Part shown: positions 11,838 through 23,836 of the stretch, one piece after another
Numbering within the stretch: the stretch's first letter is position 1
Layout of the letters: each line of letters begins with the position of its first letter
Assembly: GCF_032191835.1 (NCBI RefSeq)
Contig: NC_083234.1
Span: 2,170,001-2,234,000, forward strand
Direction: 5' to 3'
Source: Heteronotia binoei
Lineage: Eukaryota
Length of the DNA: 64,000 bases
Notes under the pieces: model-generated
Seen by the model: only the letters and a program-made list of their open reading frames with translations
Database searches by the model: none
Told to the model about the DNA's origin: nothing
Position numbers and translations under genes: made by a program

Positions 11838-13894
11838 TGGGAAATTTCTTGGCAGGGCTGGAATGCATGCAACACTCGCTTCCGTGCCAAACGTAAATGT
11901 TTTTTACTGATTGAACTACATGAAGCTTGTCATTTGGATCTTGCAGACTTTATTCCTGAATGAGACTTAAGTGTTTTTGAATATAATCTTGGATTGGCTT
12001 TACACTCTATTCTTTGGCTCTGCATCTCATAACACTTCATAGCCTACGTAAGCAGCGCCCTGCTTGCACCCCAGCCCAGTGGACTCTGGCAGGGTGTGGA
12101 GTCCCAGGGAACACTCCTGGATTTCCCTAACATGTCTTCTGGATAAAAGTGTGTAGTGGTTGAGGTATTAATGGGATTTAAAAGTATACATGTATGGTAA
12201 CGTATGCTGAAGCAGCATACCGAATCCCTTGGTTCATCAAAGCCAGTATTGTGCTGAAACTGGCAGCTGCAGAGTCTCAGGCAGACGTCTTGCCTGGTCC
12301 TTTTACATGGAAATGCTGCTGGGGATTGAACCTGGGACCTTCTGTGTGCCAGGCAGATGCTCTGCTGTTGAGCCCCATAGTGTCTCATCAAATAACCCTT
12401 GCTTGCTTAAGAAAAATAGTAAACATACCCAGTACTTAAAGTTGCAAACTTCTGTATACCCTGCCTTTCTCTTCAGCTGGGAACTACAGTGGCTTACATC
12501 ATGCCCCATTTTATTTTCACAACAGCCTTGTGAAGTAGGTCACGTTGAGGGAGGTGGTGAGCGCCCCCTCACTGGCAGTCTTCAAGCAGCATCTGGATGA
12601 ATACTTGTCAGGGGTTCTCTAGTCTGATTCTGCAATGAACAGGGGCTTGGACTAGACAGCCTGTTTGGCCCCTTCCCACTCTATGATTCTCTGAGCATGT
12701 GATTGGCCCAAGGTCCTGCAGTGCTCCTCAGTGGCAGAGGGGGGATTTGAACACAGGTCTTTCAGATCCTGGTCTGACTTGCTAACCATTCTGACACAAC
12801 ACTGAATTAATATTATTATTAAACATGTTATTGCATATTAATTGTTACACAATTTATTTACTTTTTCAAAAAAATGTGAAAGCATTATCTACGTCTGAAG
12901 TACAAAAGGTTCTTTCCCTTCAGTGCACCCCCCAAGTTTCATGCTGCAAGTTTTCAGTGCATGGGGCCCTGCTGCTAGAGCCTCCCTCCCCCCATTTCTT
13001 TCCCCCAGCTGAATCCTGGATGCACAATCAGTTACTCCAAGGAAGTGTGGCTGTTGAAAATGTTACAGGGCGCTGGCAGTACTGGACAGACTGTTAGTTC
13101 GATTTCCATTGAGTTTGGAAGCAGTGTGCCATTTGGCTAGCCCCCCCCCCCCCCATATGTGGGTGAAATGCCTCTTGTTTTCTTGCAAAAATGGCCCCAT
13201 TGTGAGCTGCATGCAGGCAGAAGGGTGCCTTCCTTCTCTTGACACGTTTTCCCCAGAACAATTTCTTTCTGTGCAGAACTTGGGCAGCTCCTTTCTGGCA
13301 GCGCCTGCAGCTGCGCTTCCTTCCGGGCTCAGCCCCTTTAGTCCTCTCTCCTCTTCCTTATCTCTGGCCCCACATTGGGTCTCATTTTGCAAAGAGAGGC
13401 ACTCTTGACCAGACGCGGGTTGAGTCGCTGGCAAAGACCGTGCGGAGCTGGAGATGGCAGATGCCCTGCTGTGGCTTAGTCAGGTAACAAGGGGACAGGG
13501 CTAGAGTGCCTGCCTTGCCTACAGGAGTGCTTGGGGAGCCTGCTGCCTGCCTTATTAGGTGGCTCAGGAGGAGCAGAGACTGCAGTCTCTCTCCCCCCGC
13601 ACACACACACATATACTCTGCTTTGTCATTCTTAGGGCTGTGGCTTTGCAGCAAGATGCCAGGCTACCCACTAACCATGCTCCCTGGTCCCTCTGCAAGC
13701 AGTAGCTCCCCAGGCCTTCCTTCCCTCCAACCACCTGCTTGTGGTCTCCAGTGCCGGGGATCCATCTGTGGGTGGCTGTGGGGCAGATGAGCGGGCTAGA
13801 CACCCTCCGCTCCTTTCATGTCTTTGATTCTGTGCTGGAGAGAAGGGCAGAATGTCATTCAGCTGCGTGGCACTGGGCATTATGGGGGAGCCTA

Positions 13895-14250
13895 AGAAGA
13901 ACCCAGCTGGATCAGACTAGCGAGGGCCCCTCTGGTCTCACACAGGGGCCAGCCAGTTCCTCTGGAGAGCCAACAACAGGGCAGAGAGGCCGAGGCCCTT
14001 CCCCTTATGCTGCCTCCTGGCTGTTCTGGGATTCAGAGATTAGTGCCCTTGAACATGGAGGTTCCCCCCAGTCACCACAGCTCGAGCCTCTGAGAGACGT
14101 ATCCTCCATGAATCTGTCAGATCCCCTTTTAAAGCTGTTTACTCCTGTGGCCGTCACGCCATCCTCTGGCGGAGAATTCCATGTTTTAATGACTCTGTCT
14201 GAAGTAGTAGTTTCTTTTGTTCGTCCTGAGCCTCCCGCTCATCAGCATAA
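13895..14250 (-). mobile_element. Older CR1-type LINE 3' fragment (second subfamily), duplicated at about 26968-27325
   Basis: Reverse complement of a CR1 ORF2 end ([27 protein letters not shown] in the copy-2 frame) plus the tail that also forms the 134-bp arrays. Confidence 0.7.
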
Positions 14251-14358
14251 TTTAATGTTTGGATTAATATCGCGCAAGTGGGCTCAGGGCAACTTACAAC
14301 AATAAAATCGAACAGAGTTAAAGGATATCATAAAACCAGCATTACAAAACGGAAGGGC

Positions 14359-14419
14359 ATCTTCGGCTCATCCTGTTCAATCTGGTGGCTCTGCTTCTGC
14401 AGCTTGCTGACCAGGTAGT
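14359..14419 (-). pseudogene. Inverted 61-bp fragment of VPS11 exon 14
   Basis: Reverse complement ACTACCTGGTCAGCAAGCTGCAGAAGCAGAGCCACCAGATTGAACAGGATGAGCCGAAGAT equals 9832-9892 with 2 mismatches. Confidence 0.93.
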
Positions 14420-16242
14420 ATTAGAAGTAGGAAACCAGCCAGGGAGGCAGTGGGGCCCTTGGATGACCATGGGGTAAAAGGATTACTGAAGGAGGATAGG
14501 GAAATGGCTAAGCTAAATGAATTTTTTGCCTCCGTCTTCACAGTGGAAGATGAGAACTTTTTGCCCGCCCCAGAACCACTAGTTTTGGAAGGGGTATTGA
14601 AAGACCTGAGTCAGATTGAGGTGACAAAAGAGGAGGTCCTACAACTGATAGACAAATTAAAAACTAGTAAGTCACCGGGTCCGGATGGCATACATCCGAG
14701 AGTTCTGAAAGAACTCAAAGTTGAACTTGTGGATCTTCTAACAAAAATCTGTAATCTTTCATTGAAATCTGCCTCCGTTCCTGAGGACTGGAAGGTAGCA
14801 AATGTCACCCCCATCTTTAAAAAAGGTTCCAGAGGAGACCCGGGAAATTACAGGCCAGTCAGTCTGACTTCAATACCGGGAAAGTTGGTAGAAACCATTA
14901 TCAAGGACAGAATGAGTAGGCACACTGATGAACACGGGTTATTGAGGAAGACTCAGCATGGGTTCTGCAAGGGAAGATCTTGCCTCACTAACCTGTTACA
15001 TTTCTTTGAGGGGGTGAACAAACATGTGGACAAAGGAGACCCAATAGATGTTGTTTACCTTGACTTCCAGAAAGCTTTTGATAAAGTTCCTCATCAAAGG
15101 CTCCTTAGAAAGCTTGAGAGTCATGGAGTAAAAGGACAGGTCCTCTTGTGGATCAAAAACTGGCTGAGTAATAGGAAGCAGAGAGTGAGTATAAATGGGC
15201 AGTCTTCGCAGTGGAGGACGGTAAGCAGTGGGGTGCCGCAGGGCTCGGTACTGGGTCCCATGCTCTTTAACTTGTTCATAAATGATTTAGAGTTGGGAGT
15301 GAGCAGTGAAGTGGCCAAGTTTGCGGATGACACTAAATTGTTCAGGGTGGTGAGAACCAGAGAGGATTGTGAGGAACTCCAAAGGGATCTGTTGAGGCTG
15401 GGTGAGTGGGCGTCAACGTGGCAGATGCGGTTCAATGTGGCCAAGTGCAAAGTAATGCACATTGGGGCCAAGAATCCCAGCTACAAATACAAGTTGATGG
15501 GGTGTGAACTGGCAGAGACTGACCAAGAGAGAGATCTTGGGGTCGTGGTAGATAACTCACTGAAAATGTCAAGACAGTGTGCGTTTGCAATAAAAAAGGC
15601 CAACGCCATGCTGGGAATTATTAGGAAGGGAATTGAAAACAAATCAGCCAGTATCATAATGCCCCTGTATAAATCGATGGTGCGGTCTCATTTGGAGTAC
15701 TGTGTGCAGTTCTGGTCGCCGCACCTCAAAAAGGATATTATAGCATTGGAGAAAGTCCAGAGAAGGGCAACTAGAATGATTAAAGGGCTGGAGCACTTTC
15801 CCTATGAAGAAAGGTTGAAACGCTTGGGACTCTTTAGCTTGGAGAAACGTCGACTGCGGGATGACATGATAGAGGTTTACAAGATAATGCATGGGATGGA
15901 GAAAGTAGAGAAAGAAGTACTTTTCTCCCTTTCTCACAATACAAGAACTCGTGGGCATTCGATGAAATTGCTGAGCAGACAGGTTAAAACGGATAAAAGG
16001 AAGTACTTCTTCACCCAAAGGGTGATTAACATGTGGAATTCACTGCCACAGGAGGTGGTGGCGGCCACAAGTATAGCCGCCTTCAAGAGGGGTTTAGATA
16101 AAAATATGGAGCACAGGTCCATCAGTGGCTATTAGCCACAGTGTATGTGTGTATATAAAATTTTTTGCCACTGTGTGACACAGAGTGTTGGACTTGATGG
16201 GCCGTTGGCCTGATCCAACATGGCTTCTCTTATGTTCTTATG
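14420..16242 (+). mobile_element. Young 5'-truncated CR1 LINE with open reverse-transcriptase ORF
   Basis: Uninterrupted 561-codon ORF 14450-16135 with RT motifs (PGPDGIHPRVLKE, YLDFQKAFDKV, GVPQGSVLGP, KFADDTKL). The endonuclease domain is missing. The 3' UTR ends in TTCTTATG repeats. Confidence 0.96.
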
Positions 16243-19200
16243 CTTCCTTAGATTTATACCTGCTCAGGAAGAGAATGCAAAAGGACCCCTGCAAGAAAGG
16301 CAGCAGGGCCCTCAGACACAGAGTCCACTTCTGTGGTGCTCCAATGTCTTCCCGCCAACATGCCAGCCTCCTCTGCCCCTTGCCTACCGGATATACTGCT
16401 GGATGGCCCCATCATGGTTTCCCTTGTTGTACAAATGGTCACCATACTGGCGGAAGATCTCAGAAAGCCCATCACTGTCTAGGTGGTGGCTCCTGGCCAA
16501 GTTAATGGCCATTTCAAACAGGTTTTTCTTGAAAAGCATCTGCTGAGTGGGAAAAGAAGCTGTTGATTCAGATGGCCTGCACCATACCCCTTGATAACTC
16601 CCGGTGGGGTACTGGAGTGCCAGGCCTCTGAATGGAGGTTCCAGCCCACAGCTCCTGCCAGAAGCAGCAAGCCCCAGACACTTTTGCCATGAGCCCCCTT
16701 GCCTCCAGTTTGGTCTGTGTATCCTTCTCCTGCAACGCATGGAGCTTGCCATCTCTAGTCAGCACATAGAGGCATCCCCATTCAGCCAGGACGTCTACCA
16801 CGTCATCAAAGACTGAGCTGTAAGCGATGAACTTGTTGCTGAGATCATAAACATTCAGGATTTGCTTGTCAGAATTTTGTGGGTCACCCGCAGCAAAGTC
16901 AGACCTGGAGCACAAATAAACAAGAAGGAGAGTTTCCCTACATTTCTAACCCTGACCCCCCCAAAGCCCCACAGTTCATAAGCCGTCGCAGCACAGAAGT
17001 GAGTATTTCCTCTGAAAGAACTTTCCATATCCATTGCCTGAGCAATTCTTGGTCTACTAACCTCAGCATTTCCAGGCATATGCAGCAGGCTTCTGCCCAC
17101 AGATGGGAAATCTAGACACTCCACATGCAAGACTTTGCACTTAACCTAGCAGTTTCCCATTCCTCATTCCCTGCACAATCCCCACCCCTCACATCTACCA
17201 TCTCTGCAGTGCCTGTTTGTGCCTTCTTGCCTTCAATGTCTTGATTCCCAGATCTCACTGCACTGCATGTTGTGATGACCAGTTGCTCTTACAAGTGGCA
17301 AGCTTGTTTATTATTACTGAAGCACCTAAACTCTGATTTATCAGGAGTCTTAATGACCAGCAGTAAGAACCCATTCTCAGAGATAAAGTATCAATTTTCT
17401 AATAGTACATTACTCAAAATGTTAAGTATGAACATTCTTGTATAACACCCTGCCCTTCAAAGATGTCACTCATTCCAAAAGGGGGAAAATTCAAAAGAGT
17501 TTGAAAGCCTTTTTTTGTTAAGTGCCCAGAAAAATACGCAGGAGAAAGTGTTCAAATTTTGCCATTTTGTCTCCACATCTTTACTCTCAAGAATACCTCC
17601 TTGCAGATGATTTTGGGACACCTGCTTGACCAATGACGGTCAACAGGACACCACATGAGAAAGTCATGCTGGGGCAGGCCTTCATCTTGGGATTCCTGGG
17701 GTAGATCCCATGCAACACTCCCAGGAGAAGTCGCACTGCCTGTGGACAGGGCCTTTCTCACAAGTGGCAGAAAGCCAAGAAAACTCCACCAGTTCTTACT
17801 GCTTTCTTGCCAGAAGGAACAAAATATTGGGTTCATATCCTCAGGCTCTGCGTCCAATGAGAACATGAAAAAACATAAAAAGATAGTTGGCCTCTCTCTA
17901 CCCCACTCCAGACAGGCAGTACAACAAATCTACAACAAGTCTGTCCTAAGGAGCCTTACTTTGGAGAGGTCTTCCGGTCCTTGGACACAATGACAAGGTA
18001 GCCCCGATACCAATGGGCAATAAGCTTCTGCCCCTCGAAAGCAAAACATGGCCCACGCTCATCAGGCTGATACAGATACACACACTCATCCCCTGCTACA
18101 ATAAACTGGAGGTCCTGGGAGGGGTCACTCAGGGTAGAGCAGCGCAGCCCACAGCCACGAATATCCAATTCCTGTCGCGGATAATCCTTCACAGAAAGTA
18201 TGTAGCACTATAAAGGCAACAATGAAACTCATTAGGTGGAATAATAGGTGACCCAGACTGTGCCATCTTGATCTCTTCCCCAATCAACCCAACATCGTAC
18301 CTGGATGCTCTCAGTGGTAGCAACAAACAGATGTGTTGTTTTGCCAGACTGACGGAAGGCAAGGCCGGTAACTGGATAACTGCCTTCATGAAGGGTCTGA
18401 GTCTTACTGTGCCGATCTCGTGTTATGTCTCCTTTTGTAAGCACAACGCTCCCATCTGTGAAGCCTAAGGAAGCAGAGGGAAAGAGAATACTGTATTCTC
18501 ATAGCAACCCTAGAACATCTAGTGCTCTCTATCCACAGAAAACAGTCTAAAAGTCCAATTACAGGAACATGGAAAGTGAAAGTATTGCTCAAACCCAGAA
18601 GCTTTCCCCCATACCTTTCCACTTTACTAGCACATCCTGCAGTAGAAGCACCAGCCTTGCTTCTACTTACCAATAGCCATGAAGTTCAGATTCTCATGGA
18701 CTGTGAGACAGGACACAACCGTGGGCTTGTTGCCTGGTATTGCAGGGAATATCCTAGTACACAGAGGATTCCCACCATCACGTTTCTCTAGATTCCAAAC
18801 TTTGACCTGCATAACATTACAAGGAAACTGGTTTAAGGACAGCATGTTCCCCAAGTAATTCTGTTGTACTGAAAGTTAACTGCTAGTGTCCTCAAAAGAT
18901 GACTCTTTGCTCCACCTGACAGAACCTCAGAACAAAGTTTACCTATCCAGAGGCCCCTTTTACCTAATCCTTCCTCCAAAAAGTTCAGGATGGCATCTGC
19001 CTTTTACCCCTAGAACAGTCTCTGAGGTAAGTTAAACTGAGCACCTACAACTGACTCAAGGATATCCCACCAGTTCAATGACAGAAGTGGGCTGGAACTT
19101 GGGTCTCCTGCATCCAGATCCAGCCACACCATCATGCTGCTGCTGTTGTTTGCAGCCACACTCCTTCCCCTGCAATAGCTAGTCTGTCAGGAAGAACCTG

Positions 19201-19403
19201 CAGACCCTCTACCCTCCCCAACTTACCAAAGGATTAATACCTTCTTCATCTTTCCCAAAGGAAACCAAGACGCTGTGCTGCTTCAACTGATAGAGGTGAG
19301 TCACTCTCAGCTTATAAGCCTGAAAGCTGCTGAGTTCCAGGGACCGCGGCAGGAACCATATCTGGCCTTCCATACGTAGGCTTCAGTTAAGGCCCTCTCC
19401 GGA
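16240..19403 (-). pseudogene. Inverted unprocessed partial VPS11 copy (end of intron 1 to intron 7; exons 2-7)
   Basis: Reverse complement of 1585-4769, introns included, roughly 96-98% identical by eye. No exon 1 or promoter. Exon 2 copy (19375-19227) changes D>G at its first base and SILVSVGED>SVLVSFGKD. A 14-bp deletion between CTTTAT repeats lies before the exon 5 copy. Confidence 0.96.
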
Positions 19404-22400
19404 GCCCCCGTCTGAGGCTCTGTCCCTCCGTGTGTGGGGGGGTCCCTGCCTCCACCCCCCCCCCGCAGCCCCCAACTGAGGCTCTGTGGCGCGGGAAGAG
19501 GCGGCCGGCTGGCGTCTCTCCGCTTGTGGGGGGGCTGGGGGGGTCCCTGTCTCCCCCCCGCTGCCCCCGACTGAGGCTCTGTCCCTCCGTGTGGGGGGGG
19601 CTGGGGTGTGGGGGGCTGTGTGGGGAGGTTCCTGCCTCCACCCTCCCCGCAGCCCCCGTCTGAGGCTCTGTCCCTCGTGTGGGGGGGGGCTGGGGTGTGG
19701 GGGGGTTATGTGGGGGGTCCCTGCCTCCACCCCCCCCGCAGCCCCCGTCTGAGGCTCTGTCCCTCGTGTGGGGGGGGCTGGGGTGTGGGGGGGTTATGTG
19801 GGGGGTCCCTGCCTCCAACCCCCCGCAGCCCCCGTCTGAGGCTCTGTCCCTCGTGTGGGGGGGGCTGGGGTGTGGGGGGGTTATGTGGGGGGGTCCCTGC
19901 CTCCCCCCCCCTGCCGCCCCCGACTGAGGCTCTGTCCCTCGTGTGGGGGGGGGGGCTGGGGTGTGGGGGGGCTGTGGGGGGGTCCCTTCCTCCACCCCCC
20001 CCCGCAGCCCCCGTCTGAGGCTCTGTTCCTCGTGTGTGGGGGGGGTTATGTGGGGGGTCCCTGCCTCCACCCCCCCCCCGCAGCCGTCTGAGGCTCTGTT
20101 CCTCGTGGGGGGGGCTGGGGTGTGGGGGGGTTACGTGGGGGGTCCCTGCCTCCCCCCCCCCGCCGCCCCCCGACTGAGGCTCTGTCCCTCGTGTGGGGGG
20201 GGGGCTGGGGTGTGGGGGGGTTATGTGGGGGGTCCCTGCCTCCCCCCCCGCCGCCCCCGACTGAGGCTCTGTCCCTCGTGTGGGGGGGGCTGGGGTGTGG
20301 GGGGGCTGTGGGGGGTCCCTTCCTCCACCCCCCCCCGCAGCCCCCGTCTGAGGCTCTGTTCCTCGTGTGTGGGGGGGGTTATGTGGGGGGTCCCTGCCTC
20401 CACCCCCCCCGCAGCCGTCTGAGGCTCTGTTCCTCGTGGGGGGGGGCTGGGGTGTGGGGGGGTTATGTGGGGGGTCCCTGCCTCCCCCCCCCGCCGCCCC
20501 CGACTGAGGCTCTGTCCCTCGTGTGGGGGGGGCTGGGGTGTGGGGGGGTTATGTGAGGGGTCCCTGCCTCCCCCCCCCCCCGCCGCCCCCGACTGAGGCT
20601 CTGTCCCTCGTGTAGGGGGGGCTGGGGTGTGGGGGGGCTGTGGGGGGTCCCTTCCTCCACCCCCCCGCAGCCCCCGTCTGAGGCTCTGTCCCTCGTGTGG
20701 GGGGGGCTGGGGTGTGGGGGGGGCTGTGGGGGGTCCCTTCCTCCACCCCCCCCCGCAGCCCCCGTCTGAGGCTCTGTTCCTCCTGTGTGGGGGGGTTATG
20801 TGGGGGGTCCCTGCCTCCACCCCCCTGCAGCCGTCTGAGGCTCTGTTCCTCGTGGGGGGGGGGCTGGGGTGTGGGGGGGTTATGTGGGGGGTCCCTGCCT
20901 CCCCCCCCCCGCCGCCCCCGACTGAGACTCTGTTCCTCGTGTGGGGGGGCTGTGAGGGGGGGTCCCTGCCTGCACCCCCGGCTGAGGCTCTGTCCCTCGT
21001 GTGTGGGGGGTTATGTGTGGGGTCCCTGCCTCCACTCCCCCCGCAGCCCCCGTCTGAGGCTCTGTCCCTCGTGTGGGGGGGGCTGGGGTGTGGGGGGGTT
21101 ATGTGGGGGGTCCCTGCCTCCCCCCCGCCGCCCCCGACTGAGGCTCTGTCCCTCCGTGTGGGGGGGGCTGGGGTGTGGGGGGGGCTGTGGGGGGTCCCTT
21201 CCTCCACCCCCCCGCAGCCCCCGTCTGAGGCTCTGTTCCTCGTGTGTGGGGGGGGTTATGTGGGGGGTCCCTGCCTCCACCCCCCCGCAGCCGTCTGAGG
21301 CTCTGTTCCTCGTGGGGGGGGCTGGGGTGTGGGGGGGTTATGTGGGGGGTCCCTGCCTCCCCCCCCCGCCGCCCCCGACTGAGACTCTGTTCCTCGTGTG
21401 GGGGGGCTGGGGTGGGGGGGCTGTGAGGGGGGGTCCCTGCCTGCACCCCCGGCTGAGGCTCTGTCCCTCGTGTGTGGGGGGTTATGTGTGGGGTCCCTGC
21501 CTCCACTCCCCCCGCAGCCCCCGTCTGAGGCTCTGTCCCTCGTGTGGGGGGGGCTGGGGTGTGGGGGGGTTATGTGGGGGGTCCCTGCCTCCCCCCCCGC
21601 CGCCCCCGACTGAGGCTCTGTCCCTCGTGTGGGGGGGGGCTGGGGTGTGGGGGGGTTATGTGGGGGGTCCCTGCCTCCACCCCCCCCCGCAGCCGTCTGA
21701 GGCTCTGTCCCTCGTGTGGGGGGGGCTGGGGTGTGGGGGGGTTATGTGGGGGGTCCCTGCCTCCACCCCCCCGCCGCCCCCGTCTGAGGCTCTGTCCCTC
21801 GTGTGGGGGGGGCTGGGGTGTGGGGGGGTTATGTGGGGGGTCCCTGCCTCCCCCCCCGCCGCCCCCGTCTGAGGCTCTGTCCCTCGTGTGGGGGGGGGCT
21901 GGGGTGTGGGGGGGTTATGTGGGGGGTCCCTGCCTCCCCCCCCGCCGCCCCCGTCTGAGGCTCTGTCCCTCGTGTGGGGGGGGCTGGGGTGTGGGGGGGT
22001 TATGTGGGGGGTCCCTGCCTCCCCCCCGCCGCCCCCGACTGAGGCTCTGTCCCTCCGTGTGGGGGGGGGCTGGGGTGTGGGGGGGCTGTGGGGGGTCCCT
22101 TCCTCCACCCCCCCGCAGCCCCCGTCTGAGGCTCTGTTCCTCGTGTGTGGGGGGGTTATGTGGGGGGTCCCTGCCTCCACCCCCCCGCAGCCGTCTGAGG
22201 CTCTGTTCCTCGTGGGGGGGGGCTGGGGTGTGGGGGGGTTATGTGGGGGGTCCCTGCCTCCCCCCCCCGCCGCCCCCGACTGAGACTCTGTTCCTCGTGT
22301 GGGGGGGCTGGGGTGGGGGGGCTGTGAGGGGGGGTCCCTGCCTGCACCCCCGGCTGAGGCTCTGTCCCTCGTGTGTGGGGGGTTATGTGTGGGGTCCCTG

Positions 22401-23460
22401 CCTCCACTCCCCCCGCAGCCCCCGTCTGAGGCTCTGTCCCTCGTGTGGGGGGGGCTGGGGTGTGGGGGGGTTATGTGGGGGGTCCCTGCCTCCCCCCCCG
22501 CCGCCCCCGACTGAGGCTCTGTCCCTCGTGTGGGGGGGGGCTGGGGTGTGGGGGGGTTATGTGGGGGGTCCCTGCCTCCACCCCCCCCCGCAGCCGTCTG
22601 AGGCTCTGTCCCTCGTGTGGGGGGGGCTGGGGTGTGGGGGGGTTATGTGGGGGGTCCCTGCCTCCACCCCCCCGCCGCCCCCGTCTGAGGCTCTGTCCCT
22701 CGTGTGGGGGGGGCTGGGGTGTGGGGGGGTTATGTGGGGGGTCCCTGCCTCCCCCCCCGCCGCCCCCGTCTGAGGCTCTGTCCCTCGTGTGGGGGGGGGC
22801 TGGGGTGTGGGGGGGTTATGTGGGGGGTCCCTGCCTCCCCCCCCGCCGCCCCCGTCTGAGGCTCTGTCCCTCGTGTGGGGGGGGCTGGGGTGTGGGGGGG
22901 TTATGTGGGGGGTCCCTGCCTCCCCCCCCGCCGCCCCCGACTGAGGCTCTGTCCCTCGTGTGGGGGGGGGCTGGGGTGTGGGGGGGTTATGTGGGGGGTC
23001 CCTGCCTCCACCCCCCCCCGCAGCCGTCTGAGGCTCTGTCCCTCGTGTGGGGGGGGCTGGGGTGTGGGGGGGTTATGTGGGGGGTCCCTGCCTCCCCCCC
23101 CGCCGCCCCCGTCTGAGGCTCTGTCCCTCGTGTGGGGGGGGGCTGGGGTGTGGGGGGGCTGTGTGGGGGGTCCCAGCCTCCCCCCCCGCAGCCCCCGTCT
23201 GAGGCTCTGTTCCTCGTGGGGGGGGGGGCTGGGGTGTGGGGGGGTTATGTGGGGGGTCCCAGCCTCCCCCCCCCGCCGCCCCCGACTGAGGCTCTGTCCC
23301 TCGTGTGTGTGGGGGGGGCTGGGGGGGCTGTGGGGGGGTCCCTGCCTCCCCCCCGTAGCCCCCGTCTGAGGCTCTGTCCCTCGTGTGGGGGGGCTGGGGT
23401 GGGGGGGCTGTGAGGGGGGGTCCCTGCCTGCACCCCCGTCTGAGGCTCTGTCCCCTCCCC
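19404..23460. repeat. G/C-run-rich minisatellite, unit about 85 bp (short variants about 65-70 bp), roughly 50 units, derived from VPS11 intron 15
   Basis: Consensus TGAGGCTCTGTCCCTCGTGT-G8-CT-G4-TGT-G7-TTATGT-G6-TCCCTGCCT-C8-GCCG-C5-GTC. About 1.5 units exist in the 128-bp intron 15 (10890-11017). A 901-bp higher-order repeat is visible in the ORF track (21398/22299, 21544/22445). Confidence 0.95.
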
Positions 23461-23477
23461 GTGTCCCCCTGCTGCAG

Positions 23478-23644
23478 CTGAAGTGCTCCAACGACGGCTT
23501 CTCGGTGGTGGCGGACCACTTCGGGCGCGGGGTCTTCATCAAGCTCACGCTGGTCACTGAGCGAGCCGCCCTCGTCGCTGCTGGGGGCTGGAGGCGGGGC
23601 TGCAGCGGGACCTGCTCATCCAGCTCGCCCAGCGGAGCACCCAG
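23478..23644 (+). pseudogene. Degenerate duplicate of VPS11 exon 16
   Basis: Intact CTGCAG acceptor, then LKCSNDGFSVVADHFGRGVFIKLTLVT, a 15-nt deletion, a 1-nt frameshift, and the stop TAG changed to CAG (23642-23644). Confidence 0.92.
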
Positions 23645-23836
23645 CGCCGGGCTGTCAATCTCCCCCTACTCATTAAAGGCCCGCCCCTCTCTCTCTCTCT
23701 CCTCCTTGGGCGGGGCGGGGCCTTGGAGCGGAGGGGGCGGGGCCTGGGCCGGAAACGAGGCGGGGCGGCGCCTGCGCGAAGCAGCGGGGAGGAGGAAGGG
23801 GAAGCAGAGGGGCGAATGCCGGCCGCCAATCCCGCC

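Larger units (their letters stand above)
10960..14350 (+). repeat. Segmental duplication, direct copy 1 (VPS11 intron 15 end, exon 16, 3' UTR/HMBS 5' region)
   Basis: Collinear with about 23420-27424. Homology ends after ATTACAAAAC (14350 vs 27424). Confidence 0.95.

Noticed and set aside
14351-14358. Source for the 8-bp junction filler GGAAGGGC
   Set aside because: Too short to assign to a template in GC-rich sequence.
14450-16135. Autonomous LINE or domesticated RT gene
   Set aside because: 5'-truncated (no ORF1, no endonuclease) and the track's start codon is GTG. An open frame is expected for a young insertion.
16240-19403. Functional second VPS11 gene
   Set aside because: No exon 1 or promoter, exons 8-13 deleted, only an exon-14 scrap left, and substitutions in conserved exon-2 residues.
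19404-23460. CRISPR-like repeat/spacer appearance of the array (also 41401-42460)
   Set aside because: Eukaryotic locus, and the units are wholly repeated with no unique spacers or cas genes.
19383-23557. Many long Gly/Pro-rich ORFs on both strands (up to 409 aa)
   Set aside because: They are translations of the stop-poor minisatellite and have no promoter, splice or homology support.
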